Below are positions 1-13,179 of a DNA stretch of 64,000 nucleotides, piece by piece. The stretch's first letter is position 1, and every line of letters begins with the position of its first letter. The position numbers and the translations under genes were made by a program. The notes beneath the pieces are model-generated. The model made no database searches, was not told the DNA's origin, and saw only the letters and a program-made list of their open reading frames with translations. The stretch comes from Hydrolagus affinis (taxonomy: Eukaryota), in the NCBI GenBank assembly GCA_012026655.1, contig JAAILG010000027.1, forward strand, positions 124,001 through 188,000. The letters run 5' to 3'.

Positions 1-1334
1 ATACCTGAAGCCAAGCTGTTACTGTGTACACAAAAGCCTGCATGTTGGGTACAAAACATGGCAAATTACATGCATGCCAAACAAGCTTTTACCCTCCATC
101 GATGGCGTCAATGGAAATATGTATTAAAAATAATCAATACATTTATTTTTCTGTAAACTGTCCATTAGAGTTTCTGATGTTAGCCTGGAGCTATATAAAA
201 TGGTTATCATTTCAGACCTGCTCATTTAGCCTGGGTTAGAAACATCCAAGGGGATTATCATTCACAAAAAAACAAAGGCTCAAGACAACCGTGCCGTGCT
301 CTTTATTCTTTAAATGCACACAGAGGCGGCAGTGGCTCAAGCATCATTCGTCTCGGAAGTCAGACCAGCTTTTGTTTAAGCTACTTTCAAACAAAAGACA
401 TTTCCTCCCCCTATTTTAATGCACTGTGCGGGATGTTTCTAGTTAAAAAGATGCTCTCAATCAAAATTACCCCACCCCACCTCAATAAGATCCATCTCTA
501 ATTTGTACAAGTCCTTGAAAATGTTGCTGGAGCTGCTAGTGAAAAGCTCAAGCAGTGCATTCGAGTCGCTCCAGCAGGCAATAATATAGATAAACAATAG
601 GCAGGAAGGAGTAATCTCATCAGCGCTCTTAATAATGGCATAAGACGCAGACAAAAGCTTGCAGCAGGGCTGTAACTCGCTCTGGTTTAGCGGAGATGAT
701 TGCGACTGATGTATTCAAACAGATTAATTAATACCATGAACAACATTTGAAAAGGTTTAAACAATTTTTTTTTGGAGTAGCTTGCAGGCTGGATTGCAAT
801 CCTCGGCTCCCTTAGTGCTCTCTCCTTGTCTTGTAAGCTCCAATCTAAAAGCTCTTCCACAAGCTAAAAACCCTGAGGGAGATACTCTTTGCAAGAGGTG
901 TTGTGTGTTTGTCTTTTCGTGTGTATGTGGGGGAGGTAGTTATTCTCCACCGATATTAATGTCTGTGTTACACCTGAAACTGACTGCAATCTTAGAGTGT
1001 TTCCCAACCTCAGGAAAAGAAAATTTATGTGTGTCACCCAGGTGTCTGACAAACGCAGAAACCCATTACCATTCTTAAAGGTATCCAAACCAGATTCAGA
1101 GTTTCACATACGTACATCACTCAACTCAGGAAAGGTTTAAGACACAAATTGTTAAAGGCCATGGCTTGGCAATCCCAGATTGTGTGTTGAAATACTGCTG
1201 GAGTTTAACAAATTTAAATCATATACTGTAACTTGTCATTGCGAGCACTGTCCGCAAGCTTCATGCTAGCTGGTCCACCCTTGCAATTAGGACTTGCAGA
1301 GTTAATAGTGTCTAAATGGAAAGAATCATTTTGG

Positions 1335-1490
1335 CTCATAGGAACAGGATTAGGCTAATCAGCCCTTCAAGCCTGTTCTGCCATTTAATTAGATCATGGC
1401 TGATCTGTACCTCTACTAATCTTTTCAATTCCAATTTCAATTGGCTCCTGATGACAAGTCAGGCTGGCAGGTCTATCATCACCAATGTTC
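1335..1490 (-). mobile_element. CR1-type LINE 3' end fragment (old)
   Basis: cataggaacagga..tcagcccttcaagcctgttctgccatt..agatcatggctgatctg is the reverse complement of a typical CR1 3' UTR. Confidence 0.6.
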
Positions 1491-1492
1491 AC

Positions 1493-1890
1493 TTCATCAT
1501 ATTGTCAAAATATCTCAAAGCGCTTCACAGGATTAAATAAATATAGTGCAGTGACTGTGTATTTTGTTGTCAAATGGGGCAGCTAACACAACAATGTCCC
1601 ACAAACAGCCATGATGTGAATGACCAAAATTATCTGGAAGATTATTGGCTGGTACACTAGAAGTAACTCCCTTCTCTTTTTCTGCAGGGTCATACAATCT
1701 TTAGTGTCCATCTAAACAGGAAGAAGGGACTTTGTTTTAATATCTCATCTGAAGGACTTCATCTCCAATAATGCAGTGCACTCCCATCGCTGCACTGGAA
1801 TTACAGACTAATACAGTCCTATCCAATGGAGGGATGGAACCCACAATCTTGTGACATAGAGGTGAGATTGTTACCAACTGAACTAGGTGA
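1493..1890 (-). mobile_element. Old tRNA-head Deu-domain SINE (SacSINE1/AmnSINE1-like)
   Basis: Reverse-strand tail (tctcaaagcgcttcacag), Deu block (tcccacaaacagcc, tctcatctgaaggac..ctccaataatgcagtgcactcc) and box B/A-like head (gaacccacaatc..ccaactgaac). Confidence 0.75.
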
Positions 1891-2502
1891 ACAGCTGAGT
1901 GCATAACTGATGAAGTGAGTGAATTGAATAGAGTAACATATAATATTGATGTGACACTGGGTGGAAAGGTGCATAAGACTGAAAAATCACAAAGTGGACT
2001 GGTTGAGGTGAGAGAGATGGTGAGATATGCAATAAAACCCATACACTGTACGACACAATGTGAAGGGAAATGTTCACGATGCCGTGAGCTTTCCAAGTTC
2101 AGCTGTGTTTTTTGGAGAAGGTCCCATGGGAACGCCTGGCGGGTGGTCACTGAGCAGCTAACGGGAACCCTGGGTGGCCCCCACACATTGTACTCTCAGG
2201 CAGAAGAGATGTGCAACAGAGAGAGACTCCAAAAGGGGAAAAGAGATAAATATGAGAAACAACTCACAAGATATAAATTATTAACACACAATGGAATAGT
2301 GCTGGATCCTTCTTTATAGAACGTAATGAGAAATATAAACAAATGCTGCAGCTGTAATTGTGAGTTTAGGCGCAGTGCGTGCCAGGGTAATTATGTCTTG
2401 TTGATGTGCTTCGCTCATTATGGCTGATTTTACAAAACTGAAAGCAGGTGTGAAACAAATGAGTTTAAAAACCTAAATTACTTGGGATTCCAGCTAATTT
2501 GT

Positions 2503-2786
2503 GAAGTCCTGTAGCTTCAGGGTTAGAGCTCTCGCCTCACAAGAGTGAGGACCCAGGTTTGATTCCTGGGGAGGGCGAAACATTAAGCAAGTGTCCTCAC
2601 TCCACATACCTCTGTTTACCGTGCAGTAAGTAGGAACCTAGTTGTTAGTCGATTGGTGGATTACTTTTCTGGGGATAATATATTTTGCCCACAAATACAC
2701 AGTCAATTCACTTTACAGTATATTCTGTGAAGCGCTTTGAGACTTCTAGAAAACATGATAAGGCACTATATGCAAGGATTATTATT
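2503..2786 (+). mobile_element. tRNA(Val)-like-head SINE with L2-type tail
   Basis: Head gtcctgtagcttcagggttagagc..ggtttgattcc; tail gtgaagcgctttgagac..tgcaaggattattatt; same family as 58982 and 61610. Confidence 0.85.
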
Positions 2787-2890
2787 TCCTGTTTGTGAGT
2801 TTTTTTTTAATTTTCCCAGTTTGCGTTTTTTATGGCTCTTGTTCTTCACCACAGACTATTTCCAATCCCAGGAGAGGAAAGAGGGAACTG

Positions 2891-3288
2891 GGTATCAGGT
2901 TAGCACAGTAGGTAGCACACTTGCTTCTATGTCAGATAGTTATGGGTTCAAACTCCATGTTGGTCCTTTGAGCTCACAGTCCAGTATGACAAACACTGTA
3001 GTGCTGGGCTGCTTACAATGTTGAAGGCACTGTCCTGCAGGTGAGACATTAAACCAAATTCCTGTCTGTCTGTTCTGATGAATGTTTAAGATCCCATGGC
3101 ACTGATCAAAAATAGTTTTTTTTCCTGGTGACCTAGCCAAAAATTGCCAGGATAAAATTGGTTATTCACCACAAGGTTGTTTGTGAGATCTTGCACGTTC
3201 GTTTGCAAAACACTTGATTACATATGAATCGTGAATCACTTTAGGACATTTCAACTTTGTACGGCTGTATAGCAATGTAAGTTCTTGT
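2891..3288 (+). mobile_element. Old Deu-domain SINE
   Basis: Head tagcacagtaggtagcac..gggttcaaactcc; Deu block gtgagacattaaacc..aagatcccatggcact..gtttgtgagatcttgc. Confidence 0.7.
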
Positions 3289-5269
3289 TAGGTTTCTTTC
3301 AATACTATTTAGATGCTGTGATCGGATCACCTGGCCTTTTGGCACTTCCCGGTGGTAGCATTGCTCTGATTAAGAACTCAGCTAAGACACACTCAGGAAT
3401 CAACGATTATCAGCCTTGCTATTTTCAAGAACAGTAAACATTTCAACAGCTAGTCAACCACAGCAGCAATGAGAAGTATCAGCTGAAACATTAAAAAGAA
3501 CTGGAAGCAACTCTCTCTGCAAGTGTATTTTAACCATGATTTACACCACAATAAGCCTCCTGTTTAACCCATAAATAAATTAATCAAACACTGCATTTGT
3601 TACTAACTATGATCATTAGATCGGTTTACTTAATTTCAGCAATTTTATTTCAGTCAAATCAGTCTTCCTCTTTTGTTTGTTCAGAAGACAGAGTGCTTTG
3701 GATGAGGGCATTGGCTTAATATGATAGTTTGTACAGAGCTGCACAGTTTAGCTACTGAATTAGTCTTTGTTTCAGATAGATCCAAACTTGAAGCTTCCAA
3801 AAAAAATGCACCGGTTATTTAAGGGAAATGATGCCTCAAACATTCAAATTCCTGAAGTCCGCACATGTCCATTTACTGGAACAAGCAGACACTCCGTGTA
3901 TATTTCAAAAACCCAAACCTCATAAATCTTGCAACATTCCTCACATCCTTCATGTTTACCTCACTGCTGATGAGTCTGGTAGACACTGAACAGGAAATTA
4001 AATGAGCGCTTGAAAAAAAAGAGAGAAGCTAAAATTCTTTGCTAAAATAAATCCAGCCAGTTCAAAGCCTTCAGTTGCTCTTTCAGTTTGTTAAGTTCAA
4101 TCACATGATCCCAATTTCTTGAATGCCAGTCAGGAATAAAAGGGAAGAAATGTGGTAGTCTATTAGTGGTCCTCACATCTTCAACAGATGTTCAGCTGAA
4201 GGAACAATAAACAGTCTCTCTGCTTGTGTGCAGCTGAACATCCGTCAATTGCTGGACTGAAAACACAACCCATTCCTAAAGAAGAACTCCGATTTATCAT
4301 CTCAGTGAAACGGCATTTGGAACTGTTGAGATCAACTGAATGCTATAAACAGCACTTGTTCTATAAATACGCCCGTTATTTAAATAGTTATACAGCTCCT
4401 GTGTCTCCCTCCCATCAGAATATGCAGCAAAATACACAGAAATTATTTTGTGGATGTCTGAGAAGCAATTCAAGTTCCTTGTTGTTAGTAGCACATTATT
4501 TCCTAAAATAACAGTATCTATCGCACTTTCCTTAGCATCGTGTAAAATTTGCCGGACATCAGTAATTTCCCAAGAGCTGTGTTTAGTTCATGGAAATACA
4601 TGGTAAAGGTTTAATAGTATATATGAAGCTGTGGGATTTCACTGTCAAATAAATCTTTATATCACGTTGCACAAGTGACAGGGACACCAGCAGGGGTTGC
4701 CAGGGGGACACATCCACCACAACGCTTTGGGCTGGTTTGATCTCCGACCATTTTTCACACATTTACTGGTTTTGTGAAATCGCAATTGGCCTGTTTCGCG
4801 TATTTTACAAATTGGGACTACTCTTGAGATTCAGGAACTGAAGTCTCTATAAGTGCTTTGAATCCCAATTGCGAACATTGCAAATTACAAGCTGTTAGAA
4901 ATAATTTTGATCGTTCATTGAGTGTCACTATCGGGAACTTTTTCAAAGCAAATAATTGTCATCGGAATTAGAATCGGGTTTATTGGTTTGGGTTATTTCT
5001 GTTTCAAATATTACTGTGGAATAGCACTTGCTAACAACAATGTGAGAAGAGCTGGTTTGGAGAAATTAACTGGTATAGATAAAAGCATATTGCAAAACAA
5101 AAGGTTAAGCATCTGTCAATGACAGTCTCCCTATTGACGTTTTTATTAATTGAGAGTCCAATTGAGGGGACAATCACTAAAGTGCATATATACTTATTTT
5201 GAAAAGTACCAAAGAAAAATATGTCAAGATGTAATGCTCGTGACACTAAGCTAAGTTTTACAATAATAT

Positions 5270-5678
5270 TACAATAAAATAATATTTTATGAAGCACCTT
5301 ATAGTATCTCAAAGCTCTTTACAAGATTTACTTTAATGTGTGTAGCGATTCTGCATCTGTAGGGGAAGGAGACATCCAATTGCATACAATAATGTTAAAC
5401 AAACAGCCATGCAACAAATTATTAATCTTACTTGGAAGATTGTTGGCCTGAACACTGGGAGAAACTCCTTTCTTATAGAACATGGGATCTTCAACATCCA
5501 CCTGAATAGGGACCTCAGTTTAAGATCCTATCCAAAGGACGGCCCCTCCAACAATGCAATGCAAGCTCAGCTGGAGTGCCATCTGAGACCATGAGTTCAA
5601 AGTCCTGACATGATTGTGGCTTTTACCCACAACCTTCTGAGTCAGAAGTGAGAGTGCGATCAAGTGAGCCTGACTGAC
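5270..5678 (-). mobile_element. Old Deu-domain SINE
   Basis: catgggatcttcaacatccacctgaa..cccctccaacaatgca..cccacaaccttctgagtcagaagtgagagtgc on the reverse strand. Confidence 0.7.
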
Positions 5679-5914
5679 ATCTGAGCCAGGTTTACAAGCC
5701 TGCTAATTCTGGGAAAAGAAAACCAAAGGAAGTAACAAGTTTTAGTATTTTGAGGGCATGGGAAGAATAAGTGACCAAATCAGTCACTGTGCTGATCTTT
5801 TATTACAAAATGGCAATTATACAGGGAGCAGGTATGTGCAATCAAATATTTGAAGCTTGAGACACAAAAGGGGCGCATTTGGAATAGAACTGATCTATTA
5901 GATACCGGAAAAAC

Positions 5915-6199
5915 AATAATAATAATCCTTGCATTTGATATAGTGCTTCTCACGTCTTCTAGACGTCTCAAAGCACTTCACAGAATATACTGTAAAGTGA
6001 ATGACTCTATATTTGTGGGCGAAATGTGGCAGCATTTGCACACAGCATTATCCCACAAACATCGTGGATTGAAAAGACCAATTTTTTTTTGAGGGTTATT
6101 AGATGTGTGGAGGAAGTAAACCTGCCCAAAGTTTCACCCTACCTAGAATTGAACCCAGCTTGCAAGATGAATGCTCTAACCATTGAGCTACAGGTCTCC
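5915..6199 (-). mobile_element. tRNA-head SINE, young family, near full length
   Basis: (AAT)n-ccttgcatttgatatag..agacgtctcaaagcacttcacag..ctctaaccattgagctacagg is the reverse complement of the 61610 copy. Confidence 0.85.
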
Positions 6200-6566
6200 A
6201 CCCTATACAGTATAGCAATGGATAGTTAGCTGAGGGAAAATAAATCTAGATATGAAAAAGAAAATCTAATTTTTGGGATGCTGCTTCAGCAATGGAGGAT
6301 ATATGAGTCATTCATTTGACATCAGTCGTAAGGGAAGAGTTCGATGGAATGAAATTAAAAGGAGGAAAGAACTAGAAATGATAGATGTTGGGATTGTGTG
6401 AAGGATAAAACAGTGGGTGAGTGTGAGATAATTAGAGTTGGACCTGGATGGAATTGAGATCAGAAGAGATAATAGATGTTTGAGAAATGCGGGCAAAAGT
6501 GGGAAGAGACAGTAGAGGATGAGATAGGTTCAACATTGGGTGTTCGGATGCTGCACTGGTTGTGAG

Positions 6567-6920
6567 TTCATAGAATTATAGAATTTTACGGCACAAAATG
6601 AGGCTATTCGGTCCATCTAATCTGTGCCGGCTCTTTGAAAAGAACAACTCAATCCCACTGCCCAGCTCTCTCCCCATAACCTAACAGACCTGTTCTCCCT
6701 AAATAAAGATCTAATTCTCTTTTAAAAGCTGTTATCGAATCGGCCTTTTCAGGCAATGTATTCCAGATTCGAACCCACTGAGTGAAAAAATTTCTCCTCA
6801 GCTCCCCTCTGCTTCGTTTTGAAACTATTTTAAATCTGTGATCACGAGTCACAGATTCGCCCACCAGTAGAAACAGTTTTTCCTTATTCACCCTGTCGAA
6901 TCCCCTCATGATTTTATACT
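6567..6920 (-). mobile_element. CR1 LINE 3' fragment (ORF2 C-terminus and 3' UTR)
   Basis: ORF 6649-6909 MRGFDRVNKEKLF..TRDHRFKI..RRNFFTQ.VRIWNTLP..FKRELD is the canonical CR1 ORF2 end; (TTCTA)-type tail repeat near 6570-6585. Confidence 0.9.
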
Positions 6921-7202
6921 TCTTACTGTACTTACAAATGTGCCTTGATCTCGATGTGGAAAGAAGAACAAAGGGTAAAAGAGACTTGAATAGATGATAG
7001 ATCCTGCATACTCTGGTGTATGACCTATTGGTGCCTTCAAACAGAACGTCACAGCAAGTGGAAAACTGAGAGTGCAGTTACATTGGGATTTGGACCCGCT
7101 GGTTGACAGCTTCCCAGAGGAGGTTCAGACCACACTATCAAGGTAGAGGGATTTGACCACGATAATCTCTAACAGGAGCACTACCAACATGTTCAACATG
7201 TT

Positions 7203-7240
7203 GGGAGGGAGGGAGGGAGGGAGGGAGGGAGGGAGAGGAA
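7203..7240. repeat. (GGGA)n microsatellite
   Basis: gggagggagggagggagg.. run seen directly. Confidence 0.9.
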
Positions 7241-10200
7241 AGAGCTAAAAACAGAATCCTGGAACATTACAGGTCATTCAACCCATCAAGTTTTTCTCCA
7301 CAAGAGCCACCCAATCGACTGCCTCTCCTGCTCACTGTCCTCACCTTTTAATATTCTTCTTCTTCAACTATCTAATATTAAAATATATGAACAAATAATT
7401 GATGGGCTCTGCCTCAGTTGGAATAGTGTGATTAGAAACCTGGATTGAAGAGGCGGGGGTGGGGGTGCTGGGACAGGGAAAAGGGAGGTAACGTGGGGTT
7501 CAACTGAATGATTGAATGATTCATAAATAGTTTCATGTCTATGAATGGAGAAAATAAGTGAGAGATCTGGTAACAGCATCAGGATATTGAAAGATCATTA
7601 ACACGGTCTGAGAGAAATGCCAATAATTCTACCCCAAGTGACCAAAGTTTCATTCACAAGTGACAGATTCCTCCCACCGATCACTCCAGAACTTCACTAA
7701 CCAAAAGAATCCAAAAATCAATAGATATTGACCGCTGATTGATATTTAAAAGAGTTTGAAGGTTCAAAGATTTCCATCTAACACTGCTTTCGGTTTCAAT
7801 GCTATCTGTCCATTACGTCAAACTCTGCTTCATACAAATCGTCACAGAGGAAAAGATCAGCCTGGCCTGGAGTTGACACCAAAATGATTGCTCACTGCTG
7901 AACAAATAACCTCATAAATGTTAGATGTAGATATGAACATTGTACAATCCGAACTGTTTTAGTCTTTAAGTAGCAATATATTCCTACTAATTTCAATTTT
8001 TCTTTTTTTCCCCCTGTTCCCCTTTCTGTACCTTAAGGCAGTAACTTGCAATTAAGTCCTGTACAGTCTATGGGGACAGAAGAGGCTGCTGGTCCCTCTC
8101 TCAAGTGCCCACTCTTCCTGTGTGTCTAGGTAGCGAATGGCAGCATATCTGACCATGGGAAGTACAGAATACAGTCAAGTCTGATCCTGATGTCCACAGT
8201 ATTATAACATGGTAATAATAATCCTTTGGATTTAATAAAACATCTTATCACATTGTCAAAACAGCTCAAAACGCATTCCGGAATGCTTTGTGAAATATAG
8301 TGACTGTGTATTCACAGGTGACACAAGAGCAGAAACTCTGGTTGACTTTTTCTCCTTCCCTAGCCCAGACATTCAGATCAACAATCATACTAGCTCTGAC
8401 ACCCCAGCTAATATCAAATTAGGTTGGAAGAGATCCAGTCAGAGGCTTTCTTAGTTTCTAGTGTGTGCACACTCTTTCACTTATAAAAATAACATAATTT
8501 TAATAAAAGAATCTTTTTCTAATTTTAATAAAATATTCCCTTTCTATTTTGTACCATTTTGCTATGATCTTTGTATGTGTTCTTTCTATCGGTCTCTTCC
8601 TTTAACTGACCATGCCGTGCATATCTGTGTTACTGCCCAAATTTCTGTGTCAGAATCGATCTCTTTCGTGATATCTGTAGCTATTATAGTTTTATTTTCT
8701 GGAGTTTTCTTTTCTGGACTTGGCAATGCAGTCAGCTCACTCTATAGCTTTAACAGGACTCCTTCACTTATGCAGCGCAATCAAGAACAAAATCCACCAC
8801 CGTTGCACTAACCCGACATGCAGCTAGAATAAAATACCCGAGTGCTCACAATGTGGGATTTCAATTCGCCTGGGTTCAGGTAAGCATTGTGATGTTAATT
8901 TCCCAGTGTTTTTTAATAGGATTGATGGTGGGAGAAGAAAAAATTGGAAATTGGGATTCTCCCAAGGCACGACCTCCCACTCCAGCAATACTTGTGGGAA
9001 TGCCCGACAGATTCTGAATGGCCTCTAAGTTGAAAGGCAGAGGGCAACATATCGAGCACAAGTGAACCTTTCAGCACTGTCCTCAACCAGCATCCCTGCC
9101 ATCTAATGACAAGCCATATTGTAACAAACAATGACAAGGAAAATCAAAGGATTTTGTGTAACTTTCTTCTCAATCTCTATGAATTTTTTTTGCTGATTTA
9201 TTTCCAAATGCAACCTTTGTTCTCGAGATCATTCATAATTATTTGGAGGGTCGCCAGAGCCGAGAGAGCAAGCTTGGGGTCGCAGTTAAATGTTTCTATC
9301 AGGAAGACTGAATGAAAAGACCACTATATGGAGGTGTGATAACAGGGAGCGCGTTTCATGTTAAAAAAAATATAATCCCTTCCTCCAAATGGTTTCCATT
9401 ACTGAAACTATTTGAAAAAAAAGAACAGAAGAAATATGCTTTCTGAATCTCCAATTCATAGTCTTTTCATCAAGTTGTTCGGAGGTTTTTTCATTAAAAA
9501 AAATTGAATAGATGAACAAATTGTTAGAAATGAAAGGGCTGGTGACTATGTTATCATCTGTAAACAGCAAAATATCTTTGACCAAATTTTATTCCAATTG
9601 TGGAGAAAATGTGGCAGTTTTATATCATTAAATGTGAAGAGAGCTGCTGTGGAAATAAAAATTAGTTTCTGTGTCTAAACTATTGTGGAAACGTAACAAA
9701 TCGCATTGCAATAGTTTTGGTCATTTTTTTCCCTTCGCCTCTCCCCCATCCTCACTGCTTCCAGTAAGCTTTACTCGTGGTGGAAAATGGTAAGTTATTC
9801 GTGAGATTTATAAAATTCCATCAAACCCCTTAGTTCGTCTGTTCTTACAACGAATAAAGAGACCAGGAACCATTTACAATAACTATCTGCCTCCTCCACT
9901 AAATGACTAGAGTGCAAATCCCTCTGTTTACATTTAGCCTGTACTCTCCTGCCAAACTTCTATCATTTCACTGAAGTCTCCATTATTTCTAAAGCCTCCT
10001 CCAGTTCTCCAGCGCTGGATACAAATCTTACAAGATTTTTTTTTCCACGACTCCAATCGGAGCGAGATCAGCTCGAGGGAAGCACCTGCTAACCTGGTAG
10101 CCGAGTGAAGAAGCACTTCTCTGAGTTTGATGCTGAACCTGATTGCGAGTGGGATGCAGCAGCAACCTGGCTCAGAACTGAGCGCAGAAACAGATTGAGT

Positions 10201-10939
10201 AATACCATGTGCAGAATTAATGCAAGTATGTATTTGCTGATAGGAATGATAGGTCAAAAGGGAGGTATGTTCTATGAACTACAACATTCATTAAGCAGCT
10301 ATTGTTCTGTCATACGTTTAAAAATTCAAACTTTTACGACAATTTGGCTCTCGTATAGGACTCTTCTTACTTCACAGATGGGAGTCCTTCTATAAACGGT
10401 TATAGCACCAATTTCATCCCAATTTTATTTCAATTAAATTTTTACTTGCCTTCATTTCTCCTTGGAGTATCTCTTTTTTAAAAAAAAATTATTCTCATTA
10501 CTTTCAATGCAATTTTAATCCAGTTGGAGCAGCAGAACCCTCAATGAGCTCGACCCTCCTGCCCTTCACTCTCCCCAGGGTCAGGTACCACAGCAGATAG
10601 GATCGTGAGCCTATTACCTCTGTCCCAATACAATGTGTTACCATGGAGATGAGGCAAGGCTATATTATATGGGTGGGATGTGTAGCTGAAGGTTTATGTA
10701 GTGCAGATGAGTCTGATCACTGGAGCTGACTGAAATGCTGAAACAGAGTCTGAGCATTTTGCTATATAAAATGGGCCAGTTAAAAAAAACTCTAAATTAT
10801 CTTTGATAAGAATAAGACTGATGACCATTTAAAAAAAAAGAAAGCGCAGTTTATGCTCTAACTTGACGTTAACCAAAGATGCAGAAATCGAAAAGTGCTT
10901 TCATCATCGGCTCTGTACTGAGAATCCGTCCCGCGGGAG

Positions 10940-11165
10940 GGGTGACCCTCTCTCCCAGTGAGACTGACCCTCTCTCTGGGAGGACTGACCCTTTCTCCCT
11001 TGGGTGGGGGAATACACTCTCTTGCTGGGAGCTCTGGCCTTTTCTCCTCTGAGATGGCTGCCTCTCTCCTTGGGGGACTGACCCTTTCTCTGGAGGGGAG
11101 CTGGAGGGTTGTGGGGGGAACCTAATCTTCTCTCCCAGGGGCAGTGACCCTTTCTCTCAATGGGA
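10940..11165. repeat. Degenerate minisatellite, ~21-25 bp unit TGACCCTYTCTC..GGGRGAC
   Basis: tgaccctctctc/tgaccctttctc recurs at least five times with G-rich spacers. Confidence 0.8.
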
Positions 11166-11483
11166 GTGGGAGTGAAGGAGGGAGAAATGGTACAGGCATT
11201 GCAGTAGTTGGGATGAAACAATTTTGGGTTGGGAGATATTATTTGCAAGCCCTGTTATGAATACGTTATTATCGACATTAAAGGTGCTCTATAAATATAA
11301 TTTTGTTGTTGTTGTTGTCACTTGATCTCCACCTTGCAAGGAACTTCCCAGACAGTCTCTGGAAGATTGTAATTTTAAAATTAACTAAAATTGAGTTTAC
11401 TGTGAAATCTGGTGCTAAAATCTGCAGTCACTTGTACCTTTCAAGGCCCATGCTGCAGTTTGCACGCAGGAACTTTCCACTAA

Positions 11484-11890
11484 ACAATAACAAAAAATTG
11501 TTGCATTTGTAACAATGACTTTCACATCGGGAAGAGGTCCGAAATCACTGGGCAGTCAAAAGTTTGCACCCAAGCTGGGGACTGGTGTTGAGAGGAGCAG
11601 ACCAAGAGGGATAGGAATAGGAAGATGACCGAAGGCATCAGTGGTGGGGGGGGGGGGGGGGTTAGGGGTGGTTGTGAGTGAGATGATAGGACTCCAGGAT
11701 AGAGTTCCAGAGCATGGGGGCAGGGAGAGGGGTGTGAAGCAAGCAAGCCAGTGCCTACCAAACGGAGGGAGTAGGCTGGTTGGTAGGGTTTTAGAAGGTC
11801 ACAGTGGTCAGGTGGGACAAGACCATCGAGGACTTTAAAAGTGAGGATGAAAATCTTGAATTTGATCCTCGAGGGATGGGAAGTCTAGTT
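11484..11890 (-). mobile_element. L2 LINE 3' fragment
   Basis: tttcacatcgggaag tail and gtgaggatgaaaatcttgaatttgatcctc (IEFKILVLT motif) on the reverse strand. Confidence 0.75.
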
Positions 11891-12582
11891 TGACTAGACT
11901 AGCCTCAAGACTGTACAACACCTTGTAACATCATTGGTCCCCCCACTTCAACAATCAAATTGATCTATTTTTTTCTGGATCGCAGTTAGACAGTAAAACA
12001 GGATCTCCAGGATATTTATAACAAAAATGCTGACAGGTACAAAACGATACTAACAAAAAGAAAATCAGTGATGCTTGTGTTTGCTTTGATCTTACACAGT
12101 TCAAATCTTCTTAACACAAAACAGCTGCTTCATTGGGTTTTGGGGCCTTTCCCCTCACAAGGCAGCTCTGACAGGCCTCGGTAAGTTAAGGGTTAAACAA
12201 ATGAGACAAAAATATACGATCAATAAAGTGATCCCCTGACTACTTTGTGTCTAGGATTGGCCTCCTCTTTACTGTGCTTGTTTAAAAAGCTTGTATTTTG
12301 AGCAGGTTCTGTAAAACATTTAACTCCAGCTCTAACAGCTTAAGCTAATCAATAAATAAGAGTACCTTTGACAACCAAACTCTGAACGACTCGCATGTAA
12401 AGGTCTTTTATTTCAACCAAAGATTCTAAAGTGCATAACAACCATTATCTAAATAAGCCCTTCTTGAGCACCCAATCCATGCATCACCTTTGATCCAGTT
12501 ATAATTAAAGCCAAAAGTACAGACGTCTCATTTAATTCCAATGTGGGCAGTTTTAATGCAGAAAGTTTCGCATGTGGTTTTC

Positions 12583-12730
12583 NNNNNNNNNNNNNNNNNN
12601 NNNNNNNNNNNNNNNNNNNNNNNNNNNNNNNNNNNNNNNNNNNNNNNNNNNNNNNNNNNNNNNNNNNNNNNNNNNNNNNNNNNNNNNNNNNNNNNNNNNN
12701 NNNNNNNNNNNNNNNNNNNNNNNNNNNNNN
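12583..12730. other. Assembly gap
   Basis: N run. Confidence 1.
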
Positions 12731-13179
12731 TTAGAAGGTAGCATTAATATTAGAAATATTGAATAATGCACTCTGACTAGTCTTATGTTTTAAATTACAG
12801 GTCTCCCTCAAATAAAACTATTAATCTTTTTTTTGTCTCTGAACGTTTTACAGTCCTGCTACACTTATTAACTCCTGGCAGCACAAAAACTTTTAAATGA
12901 AAGCCAAATTGCTATAGTCATGAGAAAGGAAATTAAAGCTCACTCTGGGGGGAAAAATTTCACTGCAAGATCCTCCCAAGGTAGAATTTCATAACCTCCT
13001 GCATGCCTGCTAAAGATGTCACTACTTGCAGGACTGCGTATGGTACTGATATAAAACGGAGGCTTTAATGGGAACAACATGTTTGTGTTGGAGAGATTAA
13101 GAACCGGTGTGTTTTACATTGAAAGACACGCTCTTGGTAGCAAGGGAGCAAGAAAACAGGCAGGGCAGTGGGTACTCAC

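Noticed and set aside
1737-2319. Overlapping 149-aa and 134-aa ORFs
   Set aside because: No recognisable homology; partly overlap a SINE.
3967-3998. CTGATGA-GTCT-GGT-AGAC hammerhead-like start
   Set aside because: The stem is not followed by GAAA and there is no Penelope context.
10940-11165. CRISPR-like array
   Set aside because: Eukaryotic context; degenerate tandem units without unique constant-length spacers; no cas genes.
12541-12771. ORFs spanning N runs (also 18375-18656 and 57715-58433)
   Set aside because: Artefacts of translating through assembly gaps.
1-13179. Next downstream ZFHX exon
   Set aside because: No candidate with recognisable ZFHX sequence and splice sites was found by eye; a short divergent exon cannot be excluded.
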